64,000 nucleotides of DNA from Rhizomicrobium sp. (GCA_035551495.1 DASZMT010000056.1:37290-101289); one strand, 5' to 3'; shown: positions 51,872 to 64,000, counted from the stretch's first letter. Numbers and translations: made by a program. Notes: generated by a model not told the origin, from the sequence alone.

Positions 51872-53129
51872 GGCTGGCCAGGAATCCGTCGACCACGGCG
51901 ATGGTCTTGGCGACCGCGCCGCCCAGCGTCGCCGCGCCCTTCGCGGCCGCGTCGCCCAGCGCCTTCGCCTCGCCGGGATTGTCGAGCAGCCGCGCCGCGA
52001 GCGCCGCGATCTCGACGCTCGATCGAACGAGCCCCATGCCTTGCGCCGCGAAGAGCGCCGCATAGGCGCTCTCGGAGTTGAACACGTGCGGGCCCGCCAG
52101 CACGCCGCAGCCCAGCCGCGCCGGCTCGAGCGGATTGTGCCCGCCCGCCGGAACCAGCGTGCCGCCGACGAAGCAGAACGGCGTCAGGCGATAGAACAAT
52201 CCCAGCTCGCTCAGCGTATCGGCGATATAGACCGCGGTGTCGGGCGTGATCGCTTCGTCCGCGGCGCGGCGCGCGCTGACGCGCGTGTCGCACAGCATCG
52301 CGATGTCGGGTCCGCGATTGGGATGGCGCGGCACGATGATGGTGAGCAGATCGGGATGCGTGCGGCGCAGCGTGTCGTGCACCGGCAATATCGTCTCGTC
52401 CTCGCCCGGATGCGTCTGCGCCGCGAGCAGGATCGGCCGCGCGCCGATGGCGGCCTTCAGCGCGTCGAGCTTCACCGGATCGTAGGGCAGGGGCGGGGCA
52501 TCTTCCTTCAGGCTCCCGACCATGCGCACGTCCGGTGCGCCGAGAACGCGGAAGCGGCCCGCGATCTCCTCGTCCTGCGCCAGGCAGACGTCGAACGCCG
52601 ACAAGACCATGGCCGCCGTCTTCTTCGCCCAGCGCCAGCCCTCGAACGAGCGTTGCGAGATGCGCGCATTGACCTGCGCCATCTTGGTGCCGCGCGCATG
52701 CGCCCCCAGGATCAGGTTCGGCCACAGATCGGAATCGACGAACAGCCCCGCATCCGGCCTCCAGTGATCGAGAAAGCGCCGCGTCGCCGCCGGCGTATCC
52801 ACCGGCACGAACTGATGGATCGCGCCGGCCGGAAGGCGTTCGTGCATCAGCTCCGCGGAGGTGACGGTGCCGCTGGTCATCAGCACGTTCACGCCCTTCG
52901 CCGTCAGCGCCTCGATCAGCGGCAGCGCCGCGAGGCATTCGCCATTGCTCGCGCCGTGCACCCAGACCAGCTTTCCGGCCGGGCGTTCCACACCGGCATA
53001 GCCGAGGCGCTCGCTCGCGCGGTCGCGATGCTCCTTGCCCTGGCGCTTGCGCCGGCGCAGCAGCAAGGGCGCGGCGGGCGACAGCAGCTTGGTCGCGGTG
53101 CGATAGGCAAGGAGGCCGAAGGGCGCCAT
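51858..53129 (-). CDS. waaA: 3-deoxy-D-manno-octulosonic acid transferase
   Basis: VWVHGASNGE, DLWPNLI, VPRHP and GGHNPLEPA. Confidence 0.95.
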   Translation of the reverse strand: MAPFGLLAYRTATKLLSPAAPLLLRRRKRQGKEHRDRASERLGYAGVERPAGKLVWVHGASNGECLAALPLIEALTAKGVNVLMTSGTVTSAELMHERLPAGAIHQFVPVDTPAATRRFLDHWRPDAGLFVDSDLWPNLILGAHARGTKMAQVNARISQRSFEGWRWAKKTAAMVLSAFDVCLAQDEEIAGRFRVLGAPDVRMVGSLKEDAPPLPYDPVKLDALKAAIGARPILLAAQTHPGEDETILPVHDTLRRTHPDLLTIIVPRHPNRGPDIAMLCDTRVSARRAADEAITPDTAVYIADTLSELGLFYRLTPFCFVGGTLVPAGGHNPLEPARLGCGVLAGPHVFNSESAYAALFAAQGMGLVRSSVEIAALAARLLDNPGEAKALGDAAAKGAATLGGAVAKTIAVVDGFLASHASA

Positions 53130-53132
53130 GCG

Positions 53133-54926
<1,794 letters not shown>

Positions 54927-54976
54927 GGGCGAAGCTCTAGCACGGCCGGCGCGCGGCGTGCGAGCGGCGCGAAACC

Positions 54977-55789
54977 TCAAACCGGGCGCAGGATCGCATA
55001 CATGTAATCGTTGAGAGGAATGCGCCCATAAACGCGGAAATAGGCGCTGAAGCCGGTCTCCTGCGCCATGCGGCCCATGGTCTTGGGCGTGAAATACTGG
55101 GTGTGGTCGGGAAACCAGAAACCGGTCCACTTCTTGCCCAGGATCGAGCGATTCCAGCAGGCGTAGTTCGGCACCTTCACCACCACAACCGCGTCTTTCT
55201 TCAGCACGCGGCGCAAGCCCTTCAGCGCGTCCTTCGGATTGGCCTCGTGCTCCAGATAGCCCCACAGCGCGGCGCCGTTGAAGTATTCCGCCGGCAGCTG
55301 CGCCAGCCCGCTGACGCCGTCCGCCAGAATCACCTGGCCGCCGCGCGGCTCGAAGATGGACCGCGCCGTCTGCGCCGCCGACCGCTCGATCTCGACGCCG
55401 AAGGGGATATAGCCCGGCGCCAGCTTGGCGAACTCGTCGCCGTCGCCGCAGCCGACGTCGAGCACCGGCCCCGGCTTGGCCCAGGCGCGCATGCCGCTCG
55501 CCGGCGTCGGATCGCCGAGCATGCCGAGCCGCCACAGCGTCAGCTTGTCGAGCGTCGCCAGGATCGGCTGCTCTTTGAGCCGCTTCTCCCAATACTTGTC
55601 GTGCTGCGTCGAAAAGCCGAGCTCGTCCTCCAGCCGCGCATAGTCCGGCACGTATTCGAGGTAGACCATCGTGCAGTTCGGGCACTGCTTCAGCGGCCAG
55701 TCCGGATCGGAATAGCCGAGCGGCGGCCCATCCGGCGGCGCGGTGCCGCACAGCGGGCAGTTGCGATGGACGCGGCCGGTCTGCGACAT
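54977..55789 (-). CDS. Class I SAM-dependent methyltransferase with N-terminal Cys cluster
   Basis: CPLC...CPNC, VLDVGCGDG, YLEHE, VPN and DHTQYFT. Confidence 0.88.
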   Translation of the reverse strand: MSQTGRVHRNCPLCGTAPPDGPPLGYSDPDWPLKQCPNCTMVYLEYVPDYARLEDELGFSTQHDKYWEKRLKEQPILATLDKLTLWRLGMLGDPTPASGMRAWAKPGPVLDVGCGDGDEFAKLAPGYIPFGVEIERSAAQTARSIFEPRGGQVILADGVSGLAQLPAEYFNGAALWGYLEHEANPKDALKGLRRVLKKDAVVVVKVPNYACWNRSILGKKWTGFWFPDHTQYFTPKTMGRMAQETGFSAYFRVYGRIPLNDYMYAILRPV

Positions 55790-55852
55790 CACTTGCCTGA
55801 CAGGAGCTGGGGAGTTTGCGGCGACGCGTTTAGCATCTTGGGCGGCAAAAGC

Positions 55853-56107
55853 CTACCCATGATGGTCATGCCCGTGGTCGCGATCCGGCTCCATCAGCCG
55901 GTGGATGTGGACCACGAAATAGCGCATCTGCGCGTTGTCGACCGTCGCCTGCGCCTTGCCGCGCCAGGCCTTCAGCGCCTCGGCGTAGTTCGGATACATC
56001 CCGACGATGTCGAGTTTCTTGAGGTCCTTGAACTCCATCGAATGCGTGTCGGTCAGCTCCCCGCCGAACACCATATGGAGCAGCTGTTTCGGTTCATGGT
56101 CGGTCAT
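55853..56107 (-). CDS. DUF4170-like protein
   Basis: LHMVFGGEL...DIVGMYPNYAEA..AWR.KAQATVDNA.MRYFVVH. Confidence 0.85.
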   Translation of the reverse strand: MTDHEPKQLLHMVFGGELTDTHSMEFKDLKKLDIVGMYPNYAEALKAWRGKAQATVDNAQMRYFVVHIHRLMEPDRDHGHDHHG

Positions 56108-56115
56108 CTGTCCTC

Positions 56116-56937
56116 CTATCGCCGCGGCAGGTTCAGGTGCGACACCCGCGCCAGCATCGCGTCATGCAGCTTCGGTCCGGCCGCGATCAGCGAGGGCTGA
56201 AGCGTGCTCTCGCGATTATAGACGAACCGCGCCCCGGTATGGGTGGTGGCGATGCCGCCCGCTTCGGTGAGAATGATCTCGGCGGCCGCCAAATCCCAGT
56301 CGCGTTTCGACGACAGCGCCAGCATGGCGTCGAACGCACCCGCGGCGACCAGCGCCATGCGATAGGCGATCGAGTTGCGCGTCTCCACATGCATCGGCGG
56401 CCAGGGCGTGTTCGGCGGCGTGTTCCAGGCTGTGTGCTCCAGCATCGGCTTGTCGCCCAGCATGCGGCAGCCTTCCAGCGCGGCGCGGTCGCCGACGTGG
56501 ATGCGCGCACCGTTCAGGAACGCGCCATGGCCCGCCCGCGCGGTAAAGCACTCTTCCGTCATCGGATTGTACACCGCGCCCGCCACCGGCACGCCGTCCG
56601 TCACCACACCGGCGCAGATCGTGAAATGCGGCCGGTGCTTGATGAAGGCGACGGTACCGTCGATCGGATCGACCACGAACACCGAGCGGCAGCCGAGCCG
56701 CGCCGGATCGTCCTTGGTCTCCTCCGACAGCCAGCCGTAATCGGGCCGCGCCGCGCGCAGCGTCTCGCGCAGATAGCCGTCGACGGCAAGGTCGGCCTCG
56801 GTGACCGGATCGCCCTTGCCCTTGTCCCATTTCTTGAATTCGCCGCTCTCGAACAGATCGCGCGCGATGCGGCCGCCCTCGCGCACCGCCGCTTCCAGCA
56901 GCGCCAATGTCTGTGCCGTGGCCTCAGGCGCCGGCAA
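56116..56937 (-). CDS. Inositol monophosphatase/CysQ-family phosphatase
   Basis: PVTEAD, LSEE, VVDPIDGT and DWDLAAA. Confidence 0.9.
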   Translation of the reverse strand: MPAPEATAQTLALLEAAVREGGRIARDLFESGEFKKWDKGKGDPVTEADLAVDGYLRETLRAARPDYGWLSEETKDDPARLGCRSVFVVDPIDGTVAFIKHRPHFTICAGVVTDGVPVAGAVYNPMTEECFTARAGHGAFLNGARIHVGDRAALEGCRMLGDKPMLEHTAWNTPPNTPWPPMHVETRNSIAYRMALVAAGAFDAMLALSSKRDWDLAAAEIILTEAGGIATTHTGARFVYNRESTLQPSLIAAGPKLHDAMLARVSHLNLPRR

Positions 56938-58264
56938 CGGTCATCCCTTCGATGCGGATCGTCGGCGCGTTGGTGCCGTATTTGAAGGCGAGATCGTTGG
57001 CCGGCACCAGCACGCGGAACATGTCCTTCAGGTTGCCGGCGATGGTGATCTCCGACACCGGATAGGCGATCGCGCCGTTCTCGATCCAGAAGCCGGCGGC
57101 GCCGCGGCTGTAATCGCCGGTGACGGTGTTGACTCCCATGCCGATCAGCTCGGTGACGTAGAAGCCCTGCTTGATGTCCGCCATCAGGTCTTTCGGCGAG
57201 AGCGTGCCCGCCGCCATGTAGAGATTGGTCGCCGACGGCGCCGGCGGACCGCCGGTGCCGCGCGCCGCATGGCCGGTCGTCTGCAACCCGAGCTGCCGCG
57301 CGCTGGCGCTCTCCAGCAGCCAGGTCTTCAGCACGCCGCTTTCGATCAGCGCCCAGCGCCTGTTCGCCACGCCTTCGCCGTCGAACGGCTTGGAGCGCAG
57401 CCCGCGCGACCGGTGCGGATCGTCGATGATGTCGATGTTGGAGGCGAACACCGCCTCGCCCATGCGGTCCTTGAGGAACGACACGCCGCGCGCGATGGCG
57501 CTGCCCGAGATCGCCCCGGCGAAATGCCCGACAAGCCCGTTCGACACGCGCGGGTCGTAGACGATCGGCACGCTCTGCGACTTCACCTTGCGCGGACCCA
57601 GGCGCGCCACGGCGCGTTCGCCGGCGGCCCGGCCGATGGCTTCCGGCGATGCGAGATCGCCCGAATGCCGCGCGCTGTCGTAATCGTAGTCGCGCTCCAT
57701 GCCGGTGCCTTCGCCGGCGATGACGGAGGCGCTGAAGCTGCTGCTGGTCCCGGCATAGCCGCCGAAGAAGCCGTCCGAGGTCGCCAGCGCGATGGCGGTG
57801 CGGCTGTAGCTCGCGCCGCCGCCCTCGGAGTTGGTCACGCCTTTCACCGCCATCGCCGCGCCTTCCGCGCCGCGCGCCCATTCGACCAGCGTGCCGGCCG
57901 GCGGCTCGCTCCGGTCCTCGATGTCGAGCGCCGGAAACGTCTTGGCGAGGCGATCCTTCGGCGCGAGCCCCGCGAACTTGTCCTCCGGCGCCAGCTTCGC
58001 CATCGCCACGGCGCGGCCGGCCAGTTGGCCCAGCGAATCCTTCGAGAAATCGGTCGACGAGATGAACGCGACTTTCTGGCCGACGAAGACGCGCAGGCCC
58101 ATGTCCTGGCTCTCCGCGCGCTCGATGTCCTCGAGCTTGCCGAGCCGGTAGGAGACCGAGGCGGCGACGCTCTCCACCATCAGCGCGTCCGCGGCATCCG
58201 CGCCGGCGGCCTTGGCGCCCTGGATCAGGCCTTCGAGGACGGCTTGAGGATCGATGCGCGCCAT
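56924..58264 (-). CDS. pmbA: TldE/PmbA metalloprotease subunit
   Basis: MGLRVFVG, PFDGEG, TTGHA, GVNTVTGDYSRG and TIAGNLKDMF. Confidence 0.92.
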   Translation of the reverse strand: MARIDPQAVLEGLIQGAKAAGADAADALMVESVAASVSYRLGKLEDIERAESQDMGLRVFVGQKVAFISSTDFSKDSLGQLAGRAVAMAKLAPEDKFAGLAPKDRLAKTFPALDIEDRSEPPAGTLVEWARGAEGAAMAVKGVTNSEGGGASYSRTAIALATSDGFFGGYAGTSSSFSASVIAGEGTGMERDYDYDSARHSGDLASPEAIGRAAGERAVARLGPRKVKSQSVPIVYDPRVSNGLVGHFAGAISGSAIARGVSFLKDRMGEAVFASNIDIIDDPHRSRGLRSKPFDGEGVANRRWALIESGVLKTWLLESASARQLGLQTTGHAARGTGGPPAPSATNLYMAAGTLSPKDLMADIKQGFYVTELIGMGVNTVTGDYSRGAAGFWIENGAIAYPVSEITIAGNLKDMFRVLVPANDLAFKYGTNAPTIRIEGMTVAGA

Positions 58265-58265
58265 C

Positions 58266-58685
58266 TCAGGCTCCGACCAGCGCGAGCCACAGGAGGATCG
58301 CGATGGCGATGATGAGGGACAGCCAGGTCAGCGCCATGCCGATCAGCCGCGGCGTCGACGCGCCGACGTTGCGCGACAGGCCGAAGGCATGGAACAGCCG
58401 TCCGAGCGTCAGCGTCCCGCCGACCACGTGAATAACCAGCACGCTCGCGCCGGTCGCGTAGAGCAGCATGAGTAGAACGATCGCCATCGGCACGTTCTCG
58501 GTGTTGTTGCCATGGGCGCGCAGCGGCCCCAGCAGCGCCGGATCGGCGCCGTCGCCGATCTCCGTCCTGGTGCGGACGCGGGCGCGCACCACCAGCATGG
58601 CGAGCACCAGCATGATGAGCGCGTTCAGCGCGGCATAGAGCGCCACCATCGGCAAGGGCAGGGTGAAGGGGCTGGCGTCGTCCAT
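58266..58685 (-). CDS. MAPEG family protein
   Basis: RAHGNNTENVP and GRLFHAFG. Confidence 0.88.
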   Translation of the reverse strand: MDDASPFTLPLPMVALYAALNALIMLVLAMLVVRARVRTRTEIGDGADPALLGPLRAHGNNTENVPMAIVLLMLLYATGASVLVIHVVGGTLTLGRLFHAFGLSRNVGASTPRLIGMALTWLSLIIAIAILLWLALVGA

Positions 58686-58736
58686 GGCATCCTCGCGGCA
58701 GGGGCCCGCCCTACCTAGAACAGGCAGCGGAGCCGA

Positions 58737-59243
58737 TCAATCGGCGCCTGTGGCTCCCGCGATGGAGAGCAGCAGTTCCCACGACACGATGGTGGCGGAG
58801 ATCAGCAGGACCAGGATGCCGACGGCGGTGTAGTCGAGCATGTCCTTGTGCGCGAATGATATGTCCGCGCCGCTGTAGACCAGCATGCCGAACCCGATCA
58901 CCGATGCCGTATAGCGCCGGGCCAGCTTGAAGGGCGAGCCGCTGCGCGCGCCCTCGCGCAGTGCCTCGACCATGCGGATCACCACCCACACCGCCCAGAT
59001 CGCCGATGTGCCCAGGATGAAATCTCCGAAACCCCATAATGCCGGTCGCGGCAGCATCGCGCCCAGCGAGACGATGAGGATCACAAGATAGTTCTGGAAC
59101 GCCTGCTCGGCGAGCCGGCGCGACGACCGGTGCGCATCGGAGAGGATCGCCTTGGCATTCACCGAGGCCGAGACGAACAGAAGCCCCAGCAGCGTCGCCG
59201 CCGCGCCGCCGGCCATCTCGAAGAAATTGAACCAGGGGGACAT
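58737..59243 (-). CDS. Hypothetical membrane protein
   Basis: WFNFFEMAGGAAATLLGLLFVSASVN; about 5 hydrophobic segments. Confidence 0.75.
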   Translation of the reverse strand: MSPWFNFFEMAGGAAATLLGLLFVSASVNAKAILSDAHRSSRRLAEQAFQNYLVILIVSLGAMLPRPALWGFGDFILGTSAIWAVWVVIRMVEALREGARSGSPFKLARRYTASVIGFGMLVYSGADISFAHKDMLDYTAVGILVLLISATIVSWELLLSIAGATGAD

Positions 59244-59271
59244 GATCGGTTTCATAACCTCCCCTCCAACA

Positions 59272-59403
59272 TGTCATGGCCCGCGACTGCGGGCCATCCG
59301 GTTGGGTTCTGCACGCTATGCGCAGGTTGGCGAGAATCGATCCCGCGAACCTCCAAGCACCTTGCCGCTATCACCTGGATGGCCGCAGTCGCGGGCCATG
59401 ACA
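59272..59403. repeat. Long REPIN-like element (TGTCATGGCCCGC type)
   Basis: tgtcatggcccgcgactgcgggcc...ggccgcagtcgcgggccatgaca. Confidence 0.88.
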
Positions 59404-59425
59404 CTTTTTAAGGCGCCTGTTGCCG

Positions 59426-60952
59426 TTACTTCCAAACCGGCTTGCCATCTCCCGGCAGCCCGAGTCTCGCCCACTTCTTCGTGACGGTCTCGATCACGTC
59501 CATATCCATCGCGATCTTCCGCCCCCATTCGCGGCTCGTCTCGGGCGGCAGCTTGTTCGTCGCGTCCAGGCCGATCTTCGAGCCCAGCCCGCTCTGCGGC
59601 GAGGCGAAGTCGAGATAGTCGATCGGCGTGTGCTCGATCATCGTCACGTCGCGCGCCGGATCCATGCGGGTGGAGATCGCCCACATCACGTCCTTCCAGT
59701 CGCGCGCGTCGATGTCGTCGTCCACCACGATCACCCATTTGGTGTACATGAACTGGCGCAGATACGACCACACCGCCAGCATCACGCGCTTGGCATGGCC
59801 CGGATAGGCCTTCTTCATCGACACCACCGCGATGCGGTACGAGCAGCCCTCGGGCGGCAGCCAGAAATCGACGATCTCCGGAAACTGCTGCTTGAGCAGC
59901 GGCACGAACACCTCGTTCAGCGCTTCGCCCAGCACGCTCGGCTCGTCCGGCGGACGCCCCGTATAGGTCGACAGGTAGATCGGATCGCGCCGCATCGTGA
60001 CCGCGGTGACGGTGAACACCGGGAACGGCTCGACCGAGTTGTAATAGCCGGTGTGGTCGCCATAAGGCCCTTCGTCGCGATAGTCGGTCAGCGACACCTC
60101 GCCCTCGAGCACGATCTCCGCCTCGGCCGGCACCTTCAGCGGCTGCGACACGCAATCGACCAGCGCGACGCGTTCTCCACGCAGCAAACCCGCGAACTGA
60201 TACTCCGACAGCGTCTCCGGCACCGGCGTCACCGCGGCCAGGATCGTGCCCGGATCGGCGCCCAGCACCACGGCGGCGGGAAGTGGCGCGGTCTTCTCCT
60301 TCGCCCAGCGCTGATGATGCTGCGCTCCGCCGCGGTGCTTCAGCCAGCGCATGATCGTCTGGGTCTTGTTCAGCACCTGCATGCGGTAGATGCCGAGATT
60401 GAAATTGTCCTCGCGGCTCTCGCCCGGGCCTTTTGTGACGACCAGCGGCCAGGTGATCAGCGGCGCCGGCTCGCCCGGCCAGCAGGTCTGCACCGGCAGG
60501 GCACCCAAGTCGATTTGATCGCCGCGCAGCACGACGTCGTGCACCGGCGCGCGCGACACGCTCTTGGGCTTCATCGCCAGGATCGTCCTGGCCAGCGGCA
60601 GCAACTCGAACGCCTCGCCGAGCGAGCGCGGCGGCTGCGGCTGGCGCAGCGTCGCCATGACCTCGCCGACCTCGCGCAGCTCGCGTGATGTGGTGCGTTC
60701 CTTGCCGTCCATGGTCACGCCCATCGCGACGCGCTTCACGGTGCCGAACAGGTTGACCAGCACCGGCATGCTGCTCGGCGTTCCGTCGGCCTTCACCGGC
60801 TTTTCGAACAAGACGGCCGGGCCGCCCTTGGCGATGAGCCGGGTCTGGATCTCGGTCATCTCCAGGACGGTGGAGACCGGTTCCTTCACCCGCACCAGCT
60901 CGCCGGCGGCTTCGAGCTTGGCCAGGAAATCGCGGAGCGAGCGGTAGGGCAT
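59426..60952 (-). CDS. ubiD: UbiD-family decarboxylase (4-hydroxy-3-polyprenylbenzoate decarboxylase)
   Basis: [29 protein letters not shown] and [10 protein letters not shown]. Confidence 0.93.
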   Translation of the reverse strand: MPYRSLRDFLAKLEAAGELVRVKEPVSTVLEMTEIQTRLIAKGGPAVLFEKPVKADGTPSSMPVLVNLFGTVKRVAMGVTMDGKERTTSRELREVGEVMATLRQPQPPRSLGEAFELLPLARTILAMKPKSVSRAPVHDVVLRGDQIDLGALPVQTCWPGEPAPLITWPLVVTKGPGESREDNFNLGIYRMQVLNKTQTIMRWLKHRGGAQHHQRWAKEKTAPLPAAVVLGADPGTILAAVTPVPETLSEYQFAGLLRGERVALVDCVSQPLKVPAEAEIVLEGEVSLTDYRDEGPYGDHTGYYNSVEPFPVFTVTAVTMRRDPIYLSTYTGRPPDEPSVLGEALNEVFVPLLKQQFPEIVDFWLPPEGCSYRIAVVSMKKAYPGHAKRVMLAVWSYLRQFMYTKWVIVVDDDIDARDWKDVMWAISTRMDPARDVTMIEHTPIDYLDFASPQSGLGSKIGLDATNKLPPETSREWGRKIAMDMDVIETVTKKWARLGLPGDGKPVWK

Positions 60953-61003
60953 GGCGCGGTTCTAGAGCATTTTCGGTTGGGTTTGAATCGGCCACCCTCA
61001 ACT

Positions 61004-61086
61004 TGTCATTCCCGCGAAGACGGGAATCCAGGGGGCAGCCGGCACGGTGCCTGGGTCGCTGGATGCCCGCCTTCGCGGGCATGACA
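61004..61086. repeat. REPIN-like element (TGTCATTCCCGCG type)
   Basis: tgtcattcccgcgaagacgggaatccag...ctggatgcccgccttcgcgggcatgaca. Confidence 0.88.
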
Positions 61087-61188
61087 GTGGAAGGAAGTCT
61101 CCGGCTCCAGCTTGCGCGCGCGCCAAGAGCCGTTAGGCTCGTCCGCGAAGCACCGGGGCCGTTCGCGGCCTTCGAAGGGGGAATGTTC

Positions 61189-62772
61189 ATGCTTTTTGGC
61201 CGGATCAAGCCGCTGGAAGCGATTCTGGCGACCGCGGAGAAGAGGGGACTTCACCGCTCGCTAGGCGCCTTCCAGCTCACGCTCCTGGGCATCGGTGCGG
61301 TGATCGGCACCGGTATCTTCGTCTTGACCGCCGAGGCCGCCCAGAAGGCCGGCCCGGGCATGCTGTTCTCCTTCATCATCGCCGGCTTCGTCTGCGGCGT
61401 CGCGGCGCTGTGCTATTCCGAGCTGGCCTCGATGGTGCCGGTGGCGGGCTCGGCCTACACCTACACCTATGCGGTGGTCGGCGAGCTGTTCGCCTGGATG
61501 GTCGGCTGGGCGCTGATCCTGGAATACGCCGTGGGCGCCAGCGCGGTCGCCGTCGGCTGGTCGAACCACGCGGTCGGCCTCCTGCACGGGCTCGGCATCA
61601 TCATACCGCCCGCGATATCCAACGCCGACGCGCTGATGGCCAAGGTGCAGCTGACCTTCGGCGCCGCCGCGACGCCGGACCTCGTCACCGCCCTCAACAC
61701 CGGCGGCTGGATCAACGTTCCGGCCATCCTGGTCTCGGCCTTCGTCACCTGGCTGCTGATCATCGGCACGACCGAAAGCGCGCGGGTCAACGCGGTGCTG
61801 GTGCTGATCAAGATCGCGGCACTGACGCTGTTCATCGCGCTGACCCTGCCGATCCTCAACACCGCGCATTTCGAGCCCTTCATGCCGACCGGCTATAGCG
61901 GCGTGTTCGGCGCGGGCGCCTCGATCTTCTTCGCCTATGTCGGCTTCGACGCGGTGTCGACGGCGGCGGAGGAGACCACCAACCCGCAGCGCAACGTGCC
62001 CATCGGCCTGATCGGCAGCCTCCTGATCTGCACCGTCTTCTATCTCGCGGTGGCGGCGGGCGCGATCGGCGCCATCGGTGCGCAGCCGGTGATGGCGAAC
62101 GGCGCCTCGCTCGAGCCCGGCTCGGCCGAGATGACCGGCCGCTGCGCCGCCATCGTCGCCGGCGGCGCGATGCAGCCGCTGGTCTGCTCCAAGGAAGCGC
62201 TGGTGCATGTGCTGGAGAGCGTCGGCTTCCCGTCGCTGGGCCGCGTCGTCGGCCTCGCCGCCGTGCTGGCGCTGCCGTCGGTCGTGCTGATGATGATGTA
62301 CGGCCAGACCCGCATCTTCTTCACCATGGCACGCGACGGCCTGCTGCCGGCGCGCCTCGCATCGGTGCATCCGCGCTTCCGCACGCCCCATGTGGTGACG
62401 CTCATGACCGGCACGGGCGCGGCCATCGCCGCGGCCTTCCTGCCGGTGGGCAAGCTCGCGGACTATTCCAACTCGGGCACGCTGTTCGCGTTCTTCATGG
62501 TGGCGATCTCGGTAATGGTGCTGCGCCGCACCGATCCGGGCCGCAAGCGCCCGTTCCGCACGCCGGGCCTGTGGGTCGTCGCGCCGCTCGCCATCGTCGG
62601 CTGCGTGGTGCTGTATTTCTCGCTGCCGCTGACCGCCATCCTGGTGCTGCCGGTGTGGGGCGTGATTGGCCTCGTCGTCTACTTCGCCTACAGCCGCTCG
62701 CGCTCCTATGTCGGCCGCGGCATCCTCGACGTGACCGAGGACGACCCGCTCATCCACGGGGTGAAGGATTAA
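61189..62772 (+). CDS. APC-family amino acid permease
   Basis: GIGAVIGTGIF, ELASMVPVAGSAY, FAYVGFDAVST and HPRFRTP. Confidence 0.93.
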   Translation: MLFGRIKPLEAILATAEKRGLHRSLGAFQLTLLGIGAVIGTGIFVLTAEAAQKAGPGMLFSFIIAGFVCGVAALCYSELASMVPVAGSAYTYTYAVVGELFAWMVGWALILEYAVGASAVAVGWSNHAVGLLHGLGIIIPPAISNADALMAKVQLTFGAAATPDLVTALNTGGWINVPAILVSAFVTWLLIIGTTESARVNAVLVLIKIAALTLFIALTLPILNTAHFEPFMPTGYSGVFGAGASIFFAYVGFDAVSTAAEETTNPQRNVPIGLIGSLLICTVFYLAVAAGAIGAIGAQPVMANGASLEPGSAEMTGRCAAIVAGGAMQPLVCSKEALVHVLESVGFPSLGRVVGLAAVLALPSVVLMMMYGQTRIFFTMARDGLLPARLASVHPRFRTPHVVTLMTGTGAAIAAAFLPVGKLADYSNSGTLFAFFMVAISVMVLRRTDPGRKRPFRTPGLWVVAPLAIVGCVVLYFSLPLTAILVLPVWGVIGLVVYFAYSRSRSYVGRGILDVTEDDPLIHGVKD

Positions 62773-62778
62773 CCCCAA

Positions 62779-62912
62779 TTGTCATGGCCCGCGAATGCGG
62801 GCCACCCAGTTGGGTTCTGCACATAAGGAAAAGGTTCGCGGGATTGATCTCGCGAACCTCCAATCGTCATACCGCTATCACCTGGGTGGCCCGAATTCGC
62901 GGGCCATGACAA
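62779..62912. repeat. Long REPIN-like element (TGTCATGGCCCGC type)
   Basis: ttgtcatggcccgcgaatgcgggccaccc...ggcccgaattcgcgggccatgacaa. Confidence 0.88.
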
Positions 62913-62918
62913 GTTTTT

Positions 62919-64000
62919 CTATTTCTGCGTCGCCAGTGCACTCTCACCGTCCGCAGCCGCCCGCATCTTCCCCGGTCCCGAGATCGCCGCCGCCGTCGCC
63001 GCGAGGTCGTTCAAATCGTCGCGCAGGCTCTGCAAGAGGAAGGGCAGGGCCTCCAGATGCGCCTTGCCGCCGCCCGGCAGCTTCTCCAGCCGCGCCGAGG
63101 CCGACGCCACGCTGGCATCGAGCTCCGCGCCCGCGCCGGCCGGCTGGCCCTCCGCCAGGAGATGATGGATCGCGCCGAACCGCGCCCGCGCGTCGCGCAC
63201 GAAGGGGCGCAGCGCCGCCGTCACCGCGTCGGGTACCGGCGCACCCGACAGCGCGCGGTTGATGAACACGATCGCGCCATGTGCCCGGCTCAGCGCCTGG
63301 GTGAACTGGAGCGGCAGCGACTCCTCGTCGCCTTTCGCCTTGATTTGCCGCGCCGCGATGGTGAGTTCGCGCATCTCCTTGCGCGTCTTGGCGCCCAGGC
63401 GCGTGAACTTGTCCTTCGCCTCCGCATCGTCGGGCCGCATGCCGGTCGAGAGCAGATTGGCCATCGGCATCATCAGCGCGGCGGCGTTCTTGCGCAGCGC
63501 CGCCATCGCATTCGACGGCAAGACGACATAGGACACGAACAGCGCCACGACGGTGCCGAGCCCGACATCGAGCACGCGCAGCGCCGCGACGCCCAGGCCG
63601 AACGCGGCGCCCCCATGGCCCACCTTGCCGCTGCCCGCCGCCGACAGCACGATCATCGCCGCCATCGGCGCGGCGCGGAACGCGGTGTAGTCCGCCGACA
63701 GGAACGCCATCGGCGCCATCGCGAGGAAGAGCAGCGCCCAATCCGGAATCCCGAAGCGATGCATCTGCGACGCGACGAGCCCCACCGCGGCGCCCGCCAG
63801 CGTGCCGATCAGCCTGTCGCCCGCCGAGCCGCTCGCGCCCTTGGCTCCGCCGCGCGCCACGATGACGGCCGACATCACGGGCCAATAGGTCTCCGGCATG
63901 TGCTGCAGCGTGGCGACGAGATAGGCGAGGGTGGCCGACAGCCCGACACGCCCCGCGACCAGCAGGCCGTCCTGGTGATCCTGGAACAGGGCGCGGGCGC
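62919..64000 (-). CDS. FUSC-family membrane protein (5' end off window)
   Basis: YWPVMSAVIV, DRLIGTLAG, RVLDVGLG; the frame stays open to the window edge. Confidence 0.82.
   Translation of the reverse strand, partial: ARALFQDHQDGLLVAGRVGLSATLAYLVATLQHMPETYWPVMSAVIVARGGAKGASGSAGDRLIGTLAGAAVGLVASQMHRFGIPDWALLFLAMAPMAFLSADYTAFRAAPMAAMIVLSAAGSGKVGHGGAAFGLGVAALRVLDVGLGTVVALFVSYVVLPSNAMAALRKNAAALMMPMANLLSTGMRPDDAEAKDKFTRLGAKTRKEMRELTIAARQIKAKGDEESLPLQFTQALSRAHGAIVFINRALSGAPVPDAVTAALRPFVRDARARFGAIHHLLAEGQPAGAGAELDASVASASARLEKLPGGGKAHLEALPFLLQSLRDDLNDLAATAAAISGPGKMRAAADGESALATQK

Noticed and set aside
59426-60952. UbiD without a neighbouring UbiX as a novel decarboxylase system
   Set aside because: The sequence looks like canonical ubiquinone-pathway UbiD, and ubiX is often encoded elsewhere.
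60960-60995. CTAGAGCATTTTC... resembling the end of another alphaproteobacterial interspersed repeat
   Set aside because: A single partial occurrence with no matching second end in the window.

Overview
A GC-rich alphaproteobacterial chromosomal segment with about 75 CDS. It is mostly housekeeping and catabolic genes: fabI, pta-ackA, rpiB, thiolase, a CbpA-like DnaJ, pdxH, fieF, rluB/tadA, purD, xseA, msbA-waaA-lpxK-lpxL, pmbA, ubiD, GSTs, a sulfatase, and an ACAD/APH pair. I found no rRNA, tRNA, CRISPR array, integrase or transposase. The standout is 16378-18239. A 137-aa stand-alone membrane protein aligns without gaps to the copper/ethylene-binding helices of plant ETR1-type receptors. Cys65 and His69 are retained, Asp25 is Asn, and Lys91 is absent. 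Its stop overlaps (ATGA) an orphan CHASE3 histidine kinase, which suggests a split gas-sensing receptor. Other notable items: ten CGTC/TGTC-type REP/REPIN elements with co-varying hairpins plus a second REPIN family; palindromic operators over near-consensus promoters; a Glu-type (actinobacterial/CPR-like) RpiB; a frameshifted SRPBCC duplicate; an internally deleted phosphatase remnant; and separately encoded ACAD, kinase and HAD genes that echo the ACAD10/Lva architecture. All assignments come from manual motif recognition and recalled reference sequences. No searches were run.
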